Both the position numbers and the translations under genes were made by a program. Of a DNA stretch of 64,000 nucleotides, positions 12,286 to 25,449 are shown piece after piece; within the stretch, counting starts at the first letter, position 1, and each line of letters opens with the position of its first letter. Source of the stretch: Dudresnaya verticillata (lineage: Eukaryota); assembly GCA_977862235.1 (NCBI GenBank), contig OZ374560.1, positions 1,302,001-1,366,000 of the forward strand. Direction: 5' to 3'. Below the pieces are notes generated by a model that saw nothing but the letters and a program-made list of their open reading frames with translations, searched no databases and was not told the origin of the DNA.

Positions 12286-15200
12286 AAGCACAGAAAATGT
12301 TCTGGAAGGTTCTGGCCTCTGATTGCCCCGCTCGCCTACTGAATATATTCACTAAGTGGATGGTAAAGTATGCGACACCAACTGTGCCCTTATCGCGCAC
12401 CCAGTGTACGAGCATCCCAACGGTAAGATCCATGTCACTTTTCAATCCAAACCTAGCATTAACCTATTTGCTATCGGAGAAACCGATTGAATCTGGTCCA
12501 AGTACTTTTAGAATGGACATGCGGCTCCTCCCTAAAACCCCAGTGGTATTGCTGACCGAGAGGTACAAATACGACATACATCTCAGCACACCCCGGAATT
12601 CCAACAGCGCGTTACCGGCCTGCTCCTTTCGTCGTCGCTGGGTTTGTATGCTTCTGCTTCCGCCTGTCACTGCCGTCTGGATTTGCCTCCGTCCGCTCCA
12701 CACTGCAGAGTCTCCCTATTGTCTTCCTAATGCCCCGTTTGACGGTTCCGTGCGAGCCAAAATCACCCGGTCTCGCCGTCGTGGATTCTTCTGCCCTCTA
12801 TAGTGCACGCCCAGCTATTGCAGAGGGTTTGTTTGCCTACATCCGTCCCGCCCCGCGTAATCTAGCATCCGTCTACTTTCTTTCCGCCCACCTGGCTTGA
12901 CGCTACTGTGATTAACTACCGCCCTGGGGCACGCTGCTGGTACTTGTACAGCAATCGCTGCGGTGCTGTCATCCCTGTGCCTGCAGGTTTCCGCCGCCTC
13001 TCCTTACTGCTATCTAGTTCCTAATTCCTATCAGATGCTTGGCTCCGCTTTCTATACCCTCCTCAAGCGTTGTGTCGGTACCGTTTAATGCGGTTTGTAG
13101 TTCCTCTCGACCGCTCGGCGCTGTTCTTACCACATTTTTTGCTCTTCCTTTTTAAGACCGGAAGTTTTTTTGCGGGCAAAAGAGGACCTGGTAGATGACC
13201 GGGCCTTCTCCCAGCATGCGAAGCAAGCCCTGATCCGTTGGGGTTCCATGTGCGACCGGGACATGCCAGGTCCCACATCGCGGGCTGGGTTAATCGCGGT
13301 GAGCTGTTTCCATTTGCAGAGCCATAACTTTTGGGCCGCATTATGGGCCGACTGTCGTGGGGTCGGCTGTGGCAGCTGAGGCAGTAATGTGCGGGCCGTG
13401 GTGAGTTGCCGGAAGTCGCTCCAGCATTGGGCCATACGGGGTTGATCGGGGTGGCGCCGATCATTTGCTTGATGCCAAAGCTTGCGGGCATTTTTTTGGG
13501 CTTCCGCATGGGGTGGGGACACGCACTGGACACACAAGCGAAGCAACGCACCAACATGCTCAAGGACGCACACAAGCGGACCCCCGAAATCAAATCCCTC
13601 CACCACGACATCAAGCGGCAATTCAGACGGCACAAGCGCCGCCTCCTCAAGCCCAAAAGATAAAACGCTTGGGTGCGGGCACCCAGCGTTGTGTCCCGAC
13701 GTTGTTTGATACTCGGGATCCTCGTTAGTAACCGAATCACCGCATTATCTCTGGTGGGGCGGTTCTGACGGATGCCAAGCGTCCACGGTAATAGCGCTGT
13801 GTCCAAGCGCTCGCCTGTCATGAGTACTCGGGCTGTGAGCGTTGGAGGTGTGTGCTGCTATACTGATGAACATGAAGATGCCAGCCGTCGCAACACAACA
13901 GGTGGCGATGGAGCAATGAGGTGGCTCAGGTTCGAATCAGAGTGCGCATGTGTTCCGGGACTTCGCACTTTCGCAGGGTGACTCTGGATTATGTTTTGGA
14001 AGAGGGAACGGAAAAGGATGACGGATGAGACCGAAAAGCCCAGTTTACACCTCGTAAACGTTTGAGACAAGGTTTCGTACGCCCAGAAATTCTGTTTCTA
14101 CGGCTATTTTATACGGGGATATTAGAGAACGACTGTATCTGGCTGGTGCGAAATGATTTGCAACTCTCAGAGATGGGAATTGCCACAGAATCAGTTTTAG
14201 AAATGGTCTCCCACGATGGTAGACAGCAAGGGGCGGTGAGGCCGTCTCCCTGGGTGGTAGAGAACGGAGCACGGGGAATGCCCCGGAACGTGGAAACAGC
14301 AGGGTTCGATCGACTGTAAAGCGCCAACCACGTCGGTGGTTAACCGTGGTTGAAATCCACGAATAGCAACACCGGCTTCGGCTGCAGGATGAACGAGGCG
14401 GTTGGACTGCTGGAACAAGAGTAGGGTTACGTAACACGAGTTGCAGACGGTGGCTTCACCGTGAAAGTACGGGGGTACCCTCAACTCTGTGCAGACTTGG
14501 CGATTTCCTGAGAGTGGGGTACACCCATACACTAAGTACTTTCGCGGGAGATGCGCCCGCGCCCCGCGCGCTCCCTGAATATCATGCTAAAATATGTATC
14601 TAGAATTACTACGCTCACATTGTAAATCAGTGTAATTTAAGGGCGCGCATTCCTGCCGCGCATCCGATCGAGGACTCTCTCAGATATATCTGGCGCACGT
14701 ATGCGCGTGTGTACGTGGCACGCGTGTGACCCTGTGAACGTGCTACGCGTGCGTTGTTGTGTACCGCGGGCGTCCGCGCAAAAGTGCGCCGGGTCCCTGC
14801 ACTACAGTCAAAGGCCGATTGCACAGGTAAGGTTGGAGTTTGTCGGCTGCTAAAAATTGTTGTAGCTATTTTGTGGCGTACAAGTCAGCTTGCACTGGAC
14901 GCCCTATGCTGGCTGGTCGATCCGTCGCACCCAGATCCGCCAAAGGGGGCAGATAGCTGTGTTAGAATGGGGTGTCGGTCGGAAGCGCCGTCGACTGTCT
15001 CGGATCTGACGGCGTCGAAGCCGCAGTGCGCACGAGGCGTACCGTACGCGTTCGGAAGTGGCCGGATCTCAGCGTCTCCGTTGTGGGGCGGCACGAAGCC
15101 TACGAAGGAAAAGTAAAAGCGGAAAGCCTAGACGGCTAGGGGAAAGGGGAGAGCCGTAGGGCAATTTAAAGGGAAATAACACGAGGAGAAAGTTGCAAGC

Positions 15201-16110
15201 TCCAGTGTAGGTCAGAGCTTGTTATCCTGACTTAGCCATGACTGGCGACTATCCTTAAATAGGCTAAGTACACGCCGCGGTGGCAACAACACGGGAGGTG
15301 CGCAGGTGGGCCCTAAAACGTGTCGATAAGTACGGGTAACGTCTATCCAGGGCGCGCGCAAGCGTAACGGCCCGCCGCGCACTCACCGGCTCGACGTCGG
15401 AATGCGCGTGCGCCGTGAGCCGTGCGTGGAACGGCGCACGGGATAGCAAGGCGTTTGACTGCATTTCAGTTTAGACTACACTGTACACAGAAGAATAAAC
15501 GTAGAAATTGGATGGGAGTGAACATGTCACATGCCTACACGCGTATGGGTGGGAGCAACAACGCACGTGCTTGCAGCTTCAGCGGGGCTTCGATTCCACC
15601 GGCTGGCAGATTGTGCACAGCGTGGCACACGAGGAGCAACTAGTCTTACAGCTGCGCATGCGTGGCACAGCTGTTATTACATATACGCCACATATTCGTT
15701 ATGTTGCTTACGGCTGTCCGGCACACAGTTTACACCAAACCGTACCCCTCGACGTGGCTCTCGGTGAAGCAATTTTCAAATCCGTGGGGGAACGATTTGG
15801 GGAGAATTTTATGCCGGTGCCAGGACGGCAAGATCTGTCCGTAATCGAGAGAGACGTTTCCGAAGTGGGTTTCCCAGTTACATCCGGGGCCTTCACTGCG
15901 CTGGCTGCGCATGGGATACCGGTCCGAAAGCCGTTCAAGGCGTGCTGATGGGAAGGAAGAGGAGCCGAGCCTGCGAATGGAGGTGATTTGTGACCTAGGT
16001 ATGTGAATATAGCGAGTAGTGTGGCATAAGTAGCGACGCGGTAGAGGGCAACGCCCCTCAATCCTCACGAGAGAGGTCGATACACGCGGGTACGCGCAAT
16101 TTCTTTCGCT

Positions 16111-18180
16111 TCAGATAGCGTAATATTTGACTTCTTTGGAGATTGTGGAGGGGTCCTCAGTATCATCCGAGGGACCCCAACCATACCACCTAACTCGAAA
16201 CAAGAGAGCCCCTTCATCATTCCGATGGACGAAAAACCTGTCGAAGATATAATCATCTCCGTGAAAGGGAGCGGCGCTCTTCTCGGAAAATGGCGGAGGG
16301 GGAGGAGGGAGTTGTTGGTATGGACGTTTGGGACCGGGCGAACCGCCGAGGGTCGCGTTCCTGCTGGACTCCGTGGTAGTGATGTAGGGGTGCGGGTCTC
16401 GGAGCCGGGTTGCCGTTGAAGGCGGGCGCTGCGACGTAGCGGTGCGTTCCGAGCACTGAGTGCGCAAGGCTCTGCGTCGAGGAGCGCGGTGCGGTCGCCG
16501 TGTTTGGCGTTGTTGTGATCGGGTGACGCGTCGCATCGTCGTCCGAAAACGTTTGGGGGAGCGACCGCGTGATTCTCGAGGGCGCAGTAGGCGCGTTGTA
16601 GGAAGCCGGTGGCGGCGCGGTGCGACCCATTGCCGTCTCAGCGCCGGCCATACCAGGTGCGGTCACCTCACTGTACGGGCAGCATACAGCGGCATCTCCG
16701 AGATAGGAGTTATTTTGGGCGAGGCTATTTTCAGCTGCGAGATTTGGAGTCGTGGCGCCATGGTGCCGTGTGCTTCGCGCGCGGGTTGGAACGCCTTACA
16801 GGCGGCAGCAAAGCGCTTACAGGTGCAGGCTCCGGTTGGACAGCAGGACCTGCAGTGTGCGACACGCGCGTGCGTGTCTGCATTGCTGCGGGTCAAATAC
16901 CCTTACAGGCGGGGGCGCCGGGTTTTAGAGGCTCACGAGAGTCCTTGCCGATATATCGAACCCCACCAGCGTGCGCGAGTTCAAACAAATTGGGCGGTAA
17001 CTCTCTGCGTGCTGTGGCGCCCGTGGCGACGCGGGTGTCTGACTCCTGGGTGAAGTGTAGGTCGACAGACTTGGCAAGCGCCAGCAATCGCGGTTTGGGT
17101 ACCACGGGGGATGAGGTCGGTGCCGGGCGAGGGAACGCTGGCAACAGCGATGCTGAACGCATGCGATGCGAGTGGGCGCGCGTGTTCACTCCTGGAGGGG
17201 GCGGGGAAAACCGAACGCGACGCCTTCGTGGCGCCTACGCAAAGGTGCGTGTGGGGCAACCAAGATGCACGAGTCAGTTCGCGAGTTGGTATATCTCTAT
17301 CTGGTAGTATGAAAGGGCGTGCATCTGGCTGCGAGTCGCCTTGCGGGGTTGGCACCGAATCAGATCCCAGGATGGAGGGGCCTGCCCTCTAGCTGATGGG
17401 GACGGTCGGCAGATCGCGCAACTGCGCCTGTGAGGGCGAGGCTGAGCGCGGGTTTCGCGCGGTGTCTCCATCCGGGGCTTCAGTCCCTCGCACCGTATGT
17501 GGAGAATGAGCTGCTCGTACACGTCGTGTAAGCTGCCATTCTCAAATATGGGAGCGGTTACAGGCGCCACGGGTAGGCTGGCTGGCGCCAGTCTCCGGTA
17601 GGTCAGCAAGTCCGTGCGCAACCGCATTGAGTACTCCACCCATGGAGTGAGTTTTCGGCTCTGGCGGCAGGGTGCTATCTTTAATTGCAGTATCGTAATC
17701 GGGTGGTGGGGAAGAGCCAATTGCAGCCTGGCGTGTGGGAGGGCGCGCGCCGACGAGGCGATCTCAAGTGACTCGCTCGCAGTCATTTCCGTTTTGACTG
17801 AAGACCGTTTCAGGTTCGAGGAGATGAAGCGATATGGCCCGGTGGCAACTGGCGATAGTTTGTGGCGAGTCGTGGTTCCCGGGTTGACGGAGCCCTTGCG
17901 GAAAAATTCAAAGCTGCCTGGTGGGTGGTTGGAATTCTCCGACTGAATTCTGCTGTCGAAATTCGCTTTGTGACGTGTTTGGCTCTTTCGCATCTCGGAA
18001 GTGGCAGTGCTCATAAGCCTGCGCAACCATCCTAGCCATGTAGGGTAGTAGTGCGTGATACCCACTGCTTCTATTTGAGGTTCGGCCTGTGGCGGTAAAG
18101 CTCGCGGCGGACTTGACAACACCAGATCAAAAGAAGCGCACTTGGTTGACGAGTGGACCTGCGCGTTATTCGCGTAAGTC
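16111..18180 (-). pseudogene. Degenerate Ty3/Gypsy (chromovirus) integrase C-terminus plus chromodomain
   Basis: TYANNAQVHSST..SFDLVLS and SQTRHKANFD...KLSPVATGPY (GPY module) precede the chromodomain YIFDRF...LFRVRWYGWGPSDDT at 16111-16256. A purine-rich PPT candidate lies near 16051-16068. Confidence 0.8.
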
Positions 18181-18189
18181 CACTGGTCA

Positions 18190-20185
18190 GTGACATCGGC
18201 CGAGAAAAATTATTCGGCCACTGGGCGCGAGTGTTTGTCTGTGGTGTGGGCCATTACATCATTACGGCCATATGTTGAAGGTACCAAGTTCACAGTCCGT
18301 ACGGACCATGATGCCCTCCGTTGGTTGATGTCGCTCACTGATTCGTCTGGCCGTCTTACAAGATGGAGATTACGTCTGGCCGAGTTCGACTTTGTGATTG
18401 AGTATAAACCGGGCCGTAAGAACCAAGTACCCGATGCCTTGTCCCGCTTGGTGGACCCGCAAGAGCGCGGAGATGCACGGCCAATAGATGATACTGTACC
18501 TGTATTGGATGGTACCCCCTCTATTCTCACGACCACGCGGGCCCGGAGAAATCGAGAAACTAATATGGCCGACAGGAGGGAAAGAGACGATGGAGTCGAC
18601 GCATGGGAAGAGGAACATTTGATGGCCGATTATACGGACTATGGACGAGCGGAAGTCTTCAGTCGTGCACAAATGGAAGGGAAGACAGCAGAGACTCTTC
18701 CAACACCAATAACACAGACTGAAATAATAGAAGGCCAGAAAAACGATGACTTCTGCCAGACCATTCTCGCCACGCGAGCTGGCCTGGGACGACCCAAGAA
18801 ACCTCTCTTCTTCGAAGGGGACGATGGGGTCCTCTGCAGACGTTGTCCAACAGATGGCCAGAAACAAATAGTGCTTCCAGCCTCGCTACATGGCCGCATT
18901 CTTCGGTTGTGTCACCATACCGTTCCGGCAGGTCACCCTGGCCAGAATCGAATGTATCAGACTCTTCGACGGACATACTATTGGCCGCACATGGCCGTTG
19001 ATTGCTTAGCAACAGTGCGAAACTGTGGCCATTGCGCGAAGAACTGGATCCGTCGTCTCCGACATACATCGAATTTACAGCTGTTCCCGGCCAGTCAACC
19101 ATTAGAGAGTGTGGCCATGGATCTTCTCGGGCCGCTCCCCAGGACTAAGAAGGGGTTCGAGCACATATTAGTCATTACATGCCGCTTCTCGAAGCTGACT
19201 CAGGTGGTGCCGTTGACAAAGATAACCGCCTATAATGTGGGCACGGCGTTCTGCGTTCACTGGATTTTCAAGTATGGCGCACCAAAGACAGTTCTTACCG
19301 ATAACGGAGGGCAGTTTGCGGCCAAGTTCTTCCAGGCAGTCTGCCGGCAATTACAGGTGGCCAACATCTTCACGACAACATATCATCCACAAACAAATGG
19401 CCAGGTGGAAAGGTACAATCGAACACTGGCCGCGATGCTTAGGAGCTACGTGAATGAACATCAGACTGACTGGGATGAGTACGCTGCGGCATTGACGTAT
19501 GCTTATAATTGCCATATACATCGCTCCACTGGAACCACGCCGTTTGACTTGGTTCTCAGTCGGCCGCCGAGCCCATTCTCACTTGAGGCTACGTTAAACC
19601 GGCCAAAGCCAACAGGGACTGTGAAAGAAGCGTTCTTGCGCCGATTATCAGAGGCCGTGGATAAAGCTTCGGCCAGTTTAACTCGCACACAAGCGCGCTA
19701 CAAGAAGGACTTCGACCGCTCGGTTAGAACGGGGAATAAGATGCTGGCCGCTGGGGGGTTTGTCTTTCTGGACAACCCAGAAAAGCAGCCAAAGAAACTA
19801 GAGCACCACGCCCAGGGGCCATAAAAAATTATAAGCAATGATGGCCGTACGTTCGTCATCGACAGAGCTGGCCAACTAGAGCGTGTTAACTCGGACCGAG
19901 TAGTAGCCGCGCCCAGGCCACAGGGGCAACCGATGGCTACGGAGACATTGGCCAGTGCCGCATTGGGAACCCTCCCTGAAGGAGTTGCTGCGTCGGCCGA
20001 GGAATATGTCATTGACACTCACGGATATGCGCGAGGATTCGACTGGCCAGCGGTGGTTTCAGGTCAAGTGGTATGGGTATAATGGCCGAACATGGGAACC
20101 CGAGGCTCTTCTGCCAGCCACGTTGGTGTCCCGCTTCTTCGCGCGCATGAAGCGCCGAGCTACGCCGGGCCAAAACAGTTCGTAA
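18190..20185 (+). pseudogene. E1 pol 3' half: RNase H, integrase, chromodomain
   Basis: AEKNYS..RECL, TDHDAL.W, RLTRWRLRL, HHCC zinc finger (H..H..YYWP..C..C), MDLLGP, TDNGGQF and HPQTNGQVERYN. The GPY motif is hit by a TAA at 19822. The chromodomain FQVKWYGYNGRTWEPE follows a frameshift. Confidence 0.93.
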
Positions 20186-20985
20186 GGTCAACTTCGACAT
20201 GGCCAGGGAAGTCAAGCGAGAGGAGTCAGAGTCTGGCCAAAAACTTGTGAAGACGGAGATGCGGGGTGGTTGTGGACGGAGGAGGGAGATGCTGGGTGAC
20301 AAAATACCCCGGCTGGTACCTCGCCACCAAAAACACGACGGCGGTGTTTAGGGTTAACCCAGAATAATGTAAGCTGGCCAATCATGTGTTAGAAAGTCAC
20401 GACCAGCAAATCTCCTGGTGTACGGCGAAATTCAGTGGGTGTAAATGGACGGTCGAAACTACCTCATCTTTTGCTGTCTTTTCCAGGTAACTCTAATTCC
20501 TACGCATCGTGCTTTCGAGCGGGGGTTTGCGCAGAGTGAGAGAACAGGGGAAGCGACGATAACCCCTACCGACAACAAGAAGGAAATTGGCCAGAGAAGA
20601 AGATATGGCCAAATGAAGTGCTTGAAGTCGATGAAAAAGACAATAGCTGGCCATTGCTCTTCCTTCGGCGCCTTGAAGAAGGTAGCCCCACGCCAAGGCC
20701 ACTTCACCACTCGCACTGGCCATTTTTGTGCTTTGACTTAACCACTAACGCCCTTAACCCCGTTTTTCCAGCTGTGCTAATGAGCATTGGCCAGAAGCAA
20801 GACCCATTTGACTAGTATCTGGCCACGATAACACACAACATTTTTGAAGGTAACCAGTGCACTTTAACTCAAGACTGGCCGGACAGACTTAACCCCCAAA
20901 GACAAGGGGGATGTCCCGCCTTAGAAGCACTAACTTGGCCACCAACTTTTGATAACGCAAACGCAAGACACAGGAAATCACAAGA

Positions 20986-23900
20986 CTAACAACAACTCAT
21001 TGGCCAGCATAAGAGCACAAGACGAGCTGGCCAACTACTAATCCAACACTTTAACAACCAACGACCATAAGGACTTGGTGAGCGAGGAGAACCCGGAGCG
21101 CAGGGCTCTCTGCTCCTTGACTGCGAAGGCGCACGAGGCGCTGTCGCGGGAGCTCGTGGGGCTGTTGCAGGAACGGTTGGCGGCGTCACAAAAGGCGAAG
21201 TGGCCGGCAGAGATAAGCTACCAGGGACATGGCCAGGCTGAGCAACATTGGCCACAGGAGTCGGCGGGGCCGACACAGTCGGACGAGTTGCCTCTGGTTG
21301 ATAATCGGCCGGACGAGACGGCGCGCGCGGATGGCCAGAGATATCTCCAGCATGAGATGGCGTGGGGGTTGTGGCCGGTGCCACTGAAACCCCGGGATAT
21401 TGCGGCATAGTCGGCGCAGGCGTAGGCAAGGAAGAAAGAGGAAACTGAGGCATCTGGCCAAAGACAGGGGGCGCATAAGCTGCGCGCAAACTGGCCAGCT
21501 GATGAAATCCACGATTGCGCTCCATGTCAAGTAAGGCCTGTTGATTATGCGTCTCGTCGCACCAGCGATCGCGCTGCTTCTTCCACTCAAGACCCTGCTC
21601 GTTAGATCTGGCCAGCGACTCCTTTGTGGCCTGCAACTCGGCCTCGACCTGATCTTTCTGTCTTCTAACATTGGCCAGCCGCTCTTCGCCCCGTCTGATC
21701 ACCTCTTCCACTTCATCAACATGACGCCGAAGGCGGTTGAGTTCGTCGGTCTGGCCACGCTTTGTGTCGCTGAGGCGACCAAGGCTCTGATTCAGCTGCC
21801 GCAAAATATTGGCCAAAGACATTTGGTTAACATGGCCGCGCACAGAAAATTCGGCCACCACATGCGGATGAGGATGCAAGAGGTTGGCCCGCACAATGGA
21901 AGCGTCGTTGGCCACTTCAACTCCAAAGCTACTTCCATGCCGAAAAGTCACTTGCCTGTTCCAGTCGAAACCGCAATACTTCTCATCATGGCCAGCCCTG
22001 CGTTGAAACAAATGGTCCCGGTGCCGCACTGTGTCGGCCAACTTCTCATACAACGACACAACATCTGGCCAATACACATGATTGAACTGATGATGATGCT
22101 CCTGGCTGACGGGGAGGTAGGTAAGATCTTTCACCACTTCAACTCGTCGAGCAATGGCCTGAGAAGACATCCACCACATTCTCTTCGACGCTTGCGCTTC
22201 GTAGCGGAAGAAGATGCTGGCCATTATGTGCAACTCTATGACAGCGGTTTCTTGGAAGCACTCAACCCAAGTGGGGTCGAGCGCATGACGACGATACTGG
22301 CCAACAAAATAATAGGCCAGAGGGCTAAGTAGACAAGCCTCTCCCCTCGATGGCCACTCCTTCCAAACAAAAGCGGGAACGCTAGGGAAGTATTCGACCG
22401 AGGGCCAAAACCCTTCCTGGCCACGAGTGTTGCCGTGGTAGACATAGCAACCACCCGTGCGATGCGCCAACCAATCTCCCGGCGCTATGATGCGACGAAG
22501 GTCTGTACTGGCCATTTTCGCGTTTCGCACGGTCGTCTAATCCCAGCGCTCAAGCATCCACGAGTGAGGGAAGGCGTAATACCATGTGGAAGTATGAGGG
22601 TACACATTAGAATTACCCTTGAACATCAGCCAAGCCCCGTGAACGAACATCACGTCCTGCGCGCACAACAAGAAGGCACGGTCGCACTCAATCTCCAGAG
22701 GGATCCAATAGAGATGGCCATTATCATGCGACTCGCGATATTGATGCCACGCCTCGTTGAGAGGGCGATGGCTTTCCCGCACGCGAATCATGTCCAGCTT
22801 ATCACTATTGGCCACCAACTCCGTATAAGTAATATCCACTCGAGGACGCGTTGGCCAGATGGAAGTCTCGGGCAATCGCTCATCCAAAACTAACTCGGGG
22901 CCATCATGATCTTCTAGGCCCGGTGGGAGGTCGGAACGGAAAGGTACAGCAGCACGAGTGTGCGAAGCTGGTTCACAGTCCGGATGCGTTGGAGCAGAGG
23001 GGCCAGCACTTGAACTTGGGATATCCTGGCCAGCTTTGGAAATATCCAAAGTTTCTTCGCGTGGTATAACTTCCTTCACGCGAGGATCTTCACTCTGGCC
23101 AGATGACTTAGGCGGCGCGCCTGCAGATGGCGTGGAAGGAGACTGGCCAGTTTTGAGCTCATCGGCGTCGGGGAGCAAAGCCACAAATCGACGACGATCG
23201 CCGTCTTACATGAGATTGGCCGGTGGAATAGGGGTAGAAGCACCGACGTCAACAACTTCGTTGCGAGATACCTGGCCAACTTCCTTCGGGGGCAGCCGCT
23301 GCTTCTTCGAAGGAGGCCCCTGAACAGCGGGCTTGCCGATGTTCAACTTGGCCAACTCACGCGCACGACTAGCGGCCGTCGGCATGAAAGGTGAAGGCGC
23401 CGAGCGCAGTCGTGGCGTGGATTTCCTCGAAGCACTCGGAGTGGCCGAACGTGATGACTTGCGTGGCACGGGAATATTGGCCAAAGCTTCTGCGGCCTTC
23501 TGCCCCAACTTATCTCCTTTCTTCTGCTCTGGCCCAACCTTCTCAACTCTTCCAGGTAACTCCTGCTTGCTGGCCAGTGGTTCTTCTCGAGCGGGCACAA
23601 ATACCATGGCCGAATCGGAAACCTCGGGCCGAGCCGCATCTACTTCTTCGGCTGCCGCCGCGGTAGCTTGCGTAAACAATGGACGGGAGATGACAATGAC
23701 GGCCTTCTCAATAGCGCTGACCAACGGTGGCGGAGTGGGATTAATGGCCGTTTGCACTGAAGTGCTTGCGGCCGGCATCAACTTCTTCGCCTCGAGGCGC
23801 TTCACTTCGGCCTGCACCAACCCTTTCTCAGGGGCTTCTGCTACCTTCTGGCCAGTTGCTCTCGCCTCTTTCGCTGACGGGCCAACAACAGAAGATGCAG

Positions 23901-24449
23901 TCGACTTACCCTTTCCAAGTTGGCCTGCTGCCGCCGCCGCCTCCTCTGACGAAGATGATGCGACGATGGTTACGCTGCGCACTACCTTGGCCTTCTGCAC
24001 ATCAGCAAGTTTCTTCTTTAGGTCGGCCAGTTGTTGCTCTTCAGCTTCGCGCCTCTTCTGACTGGCCGCTATCTCCTGCATCAGTTTGTCAGTGCCAACG
24101 TCGGGCGTAGCGGGCACCATGGGCGGAGTAGCGGAGGCAGCAACACTCTTCTTCTGGCCAGTCTTGATGGGCTTTTCCGCTGCGGTAGTGGCTGCAGCAA
24201 CTGGCGGATCGGAGGGCTTGCCACTTGGGGTTTGGGTGCTGGGGCGGAAGATGCCCTGGGCGCCTTCATCGCACGCGGCCTTGAACTCTGGCCAGTCTTC
24301 TTCGCGGTAGCCTTCACTCTGGCCACAGCGACTTCTTCGTCGCTCGACGGCGGTGTAGAAGATGAGCTGGAAGAAACGGTCGGCCGTACAGTCTTCTTCT
24401 TGGCCGATGCGGTGCGACGCGGGCGCGCTTTCGCAGGACCACCCGCCAT
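20986..24449 (-). pseudogene. E1 antisense extra ORF (~1150 codons), unknown function
   Basis: ORFs 23206-24753, 22537-23184 and 20986-22530 share one frame and are separated by single stops (TAA 23206-23208, TAG 22537-22539). The likely start is MAGGPAKARP (ATG 24449) in another frame. It has an NLS-like PPSKKQRL, a globular domain, a coiled coil and a Pro-rich tail. Confidence 0.7.
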
Positions 24450-24685
24450 CGAGAGTGAACTGGCCAGACGCGCACGTGGAGACCGAAGCAAGGGGCGGCG
24501 CGCGCACGTTGGAAGGAAGTGAGGACGTGCGCGCGATGTGTTGGCAAGTGTTGGTAAGAGGAAGTGTGGTGTGGCAAGATGGTGATGGCCGCATGCAGGG
24601 AGAGGGGTAGCGGCGCGGATCACGCGTGCTGATATGGCCAGATGAAACCCTCGCGGCCAGGAGTCCGCGCTTGCGAAGGGGGCTC

Positions 24686-25449
24686 TGTGGTGCAACGGCA
24701 AGGGGGCCGCCGAAAGGAAGCAACTCGACGGGCCAACTGTACGATCGGCCCAACCAAACGAAGACACTTGGCCAATGAAGTTGAGTCGTCGGCGCGCGGA
24801 CGGCGGTGAGCGCTCGCCAGTATGAAACGTGGCCACCGACTGTACACGTGGCTCACACGTGGCCACCTACGACACCGAAGCGCACCACGTTGCCCGTTGT
24901 ACACGTATGATCCGGATCGTGGCTAGATGCAAATGGAAATTGGATTTGGCCGCAAGGTGAATCAAAGGGAAGACAGTGGAAAAATCAAGGGAAAATCTAA
25001 CTCATTTGGCCAACCACTAACGAACAAGTACTTGGTTTAGTCTGGTAAGGGTACAGCATTGGCCCGACGCCGGAACAAAAGTAGATATTTATGGCCGACC
25101 TGGGTAACCTCGGCCACTAACTGTAGAATAGCTCTAGATTAGCTCAGATGGCCGATTTTGGGCCTACTTAGCTGGCCACACACTACGGCTAAGCCGAAAA
25201 AGGTACGAAGCCGTCCCGCCAGAGGTTGGGAGTAAAGTTAATAACTGAACCCCCAACTTGGCCATTTTCTGTCCTCATCACAGATTCTGGCCACGACTTC
25301 GTCTGCGCGCTCCCGCTCTACCACGCTTGCTACCGGCGTGCAGGTCCCTTCTACGTTCTGGCCAGTTTTGGTCAAATCCGACAGGTCTTTGTGGTCTTCT
25401 TGGGGTCTCGTTTGGCTGCCGTACGCGGTGGTGCTCTAGAGATACTACA
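24686..25449 (+). repeat. E1 3' LTR (~764 bp)
   Basis: Starts TGTGG after the PPT and ends TACTACA, matching the termini of the other LTRs in the window. It contains CACGTG boxes. The partner LTR is not seen. Confidence 0.75.

Larger units (their letters stand above)
18181..25449 (+). mobile_element. E1: 5'-truncated Ty3/Gypsy chromovirus (RNase H, integrase, chromodomain, antisense ORF, PPT, 3' LTR)
   Basis: Pol motifs, then PPT GAAGGGGG at 24675-24682 followed by TGTGG. The LTR end TACTACA at 25449 interrupts the E3 antisense ORF. Confidence 0.85.

Noticed and set aside
20255..20290. TGTGG after a purine-rich tract as the E1 LTR start, implying a ~5-kb LTR containing the antisense ORF
   Set aside because: The site at 24675-24690 matches the E2/E3 PPT-LTR junction much better. 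It cannot be fully excluded without the second LTR.
20347..20360. Telomere-like TTTAGGGTTAACCC
   Set aside because: A single short occurrence, not an array.
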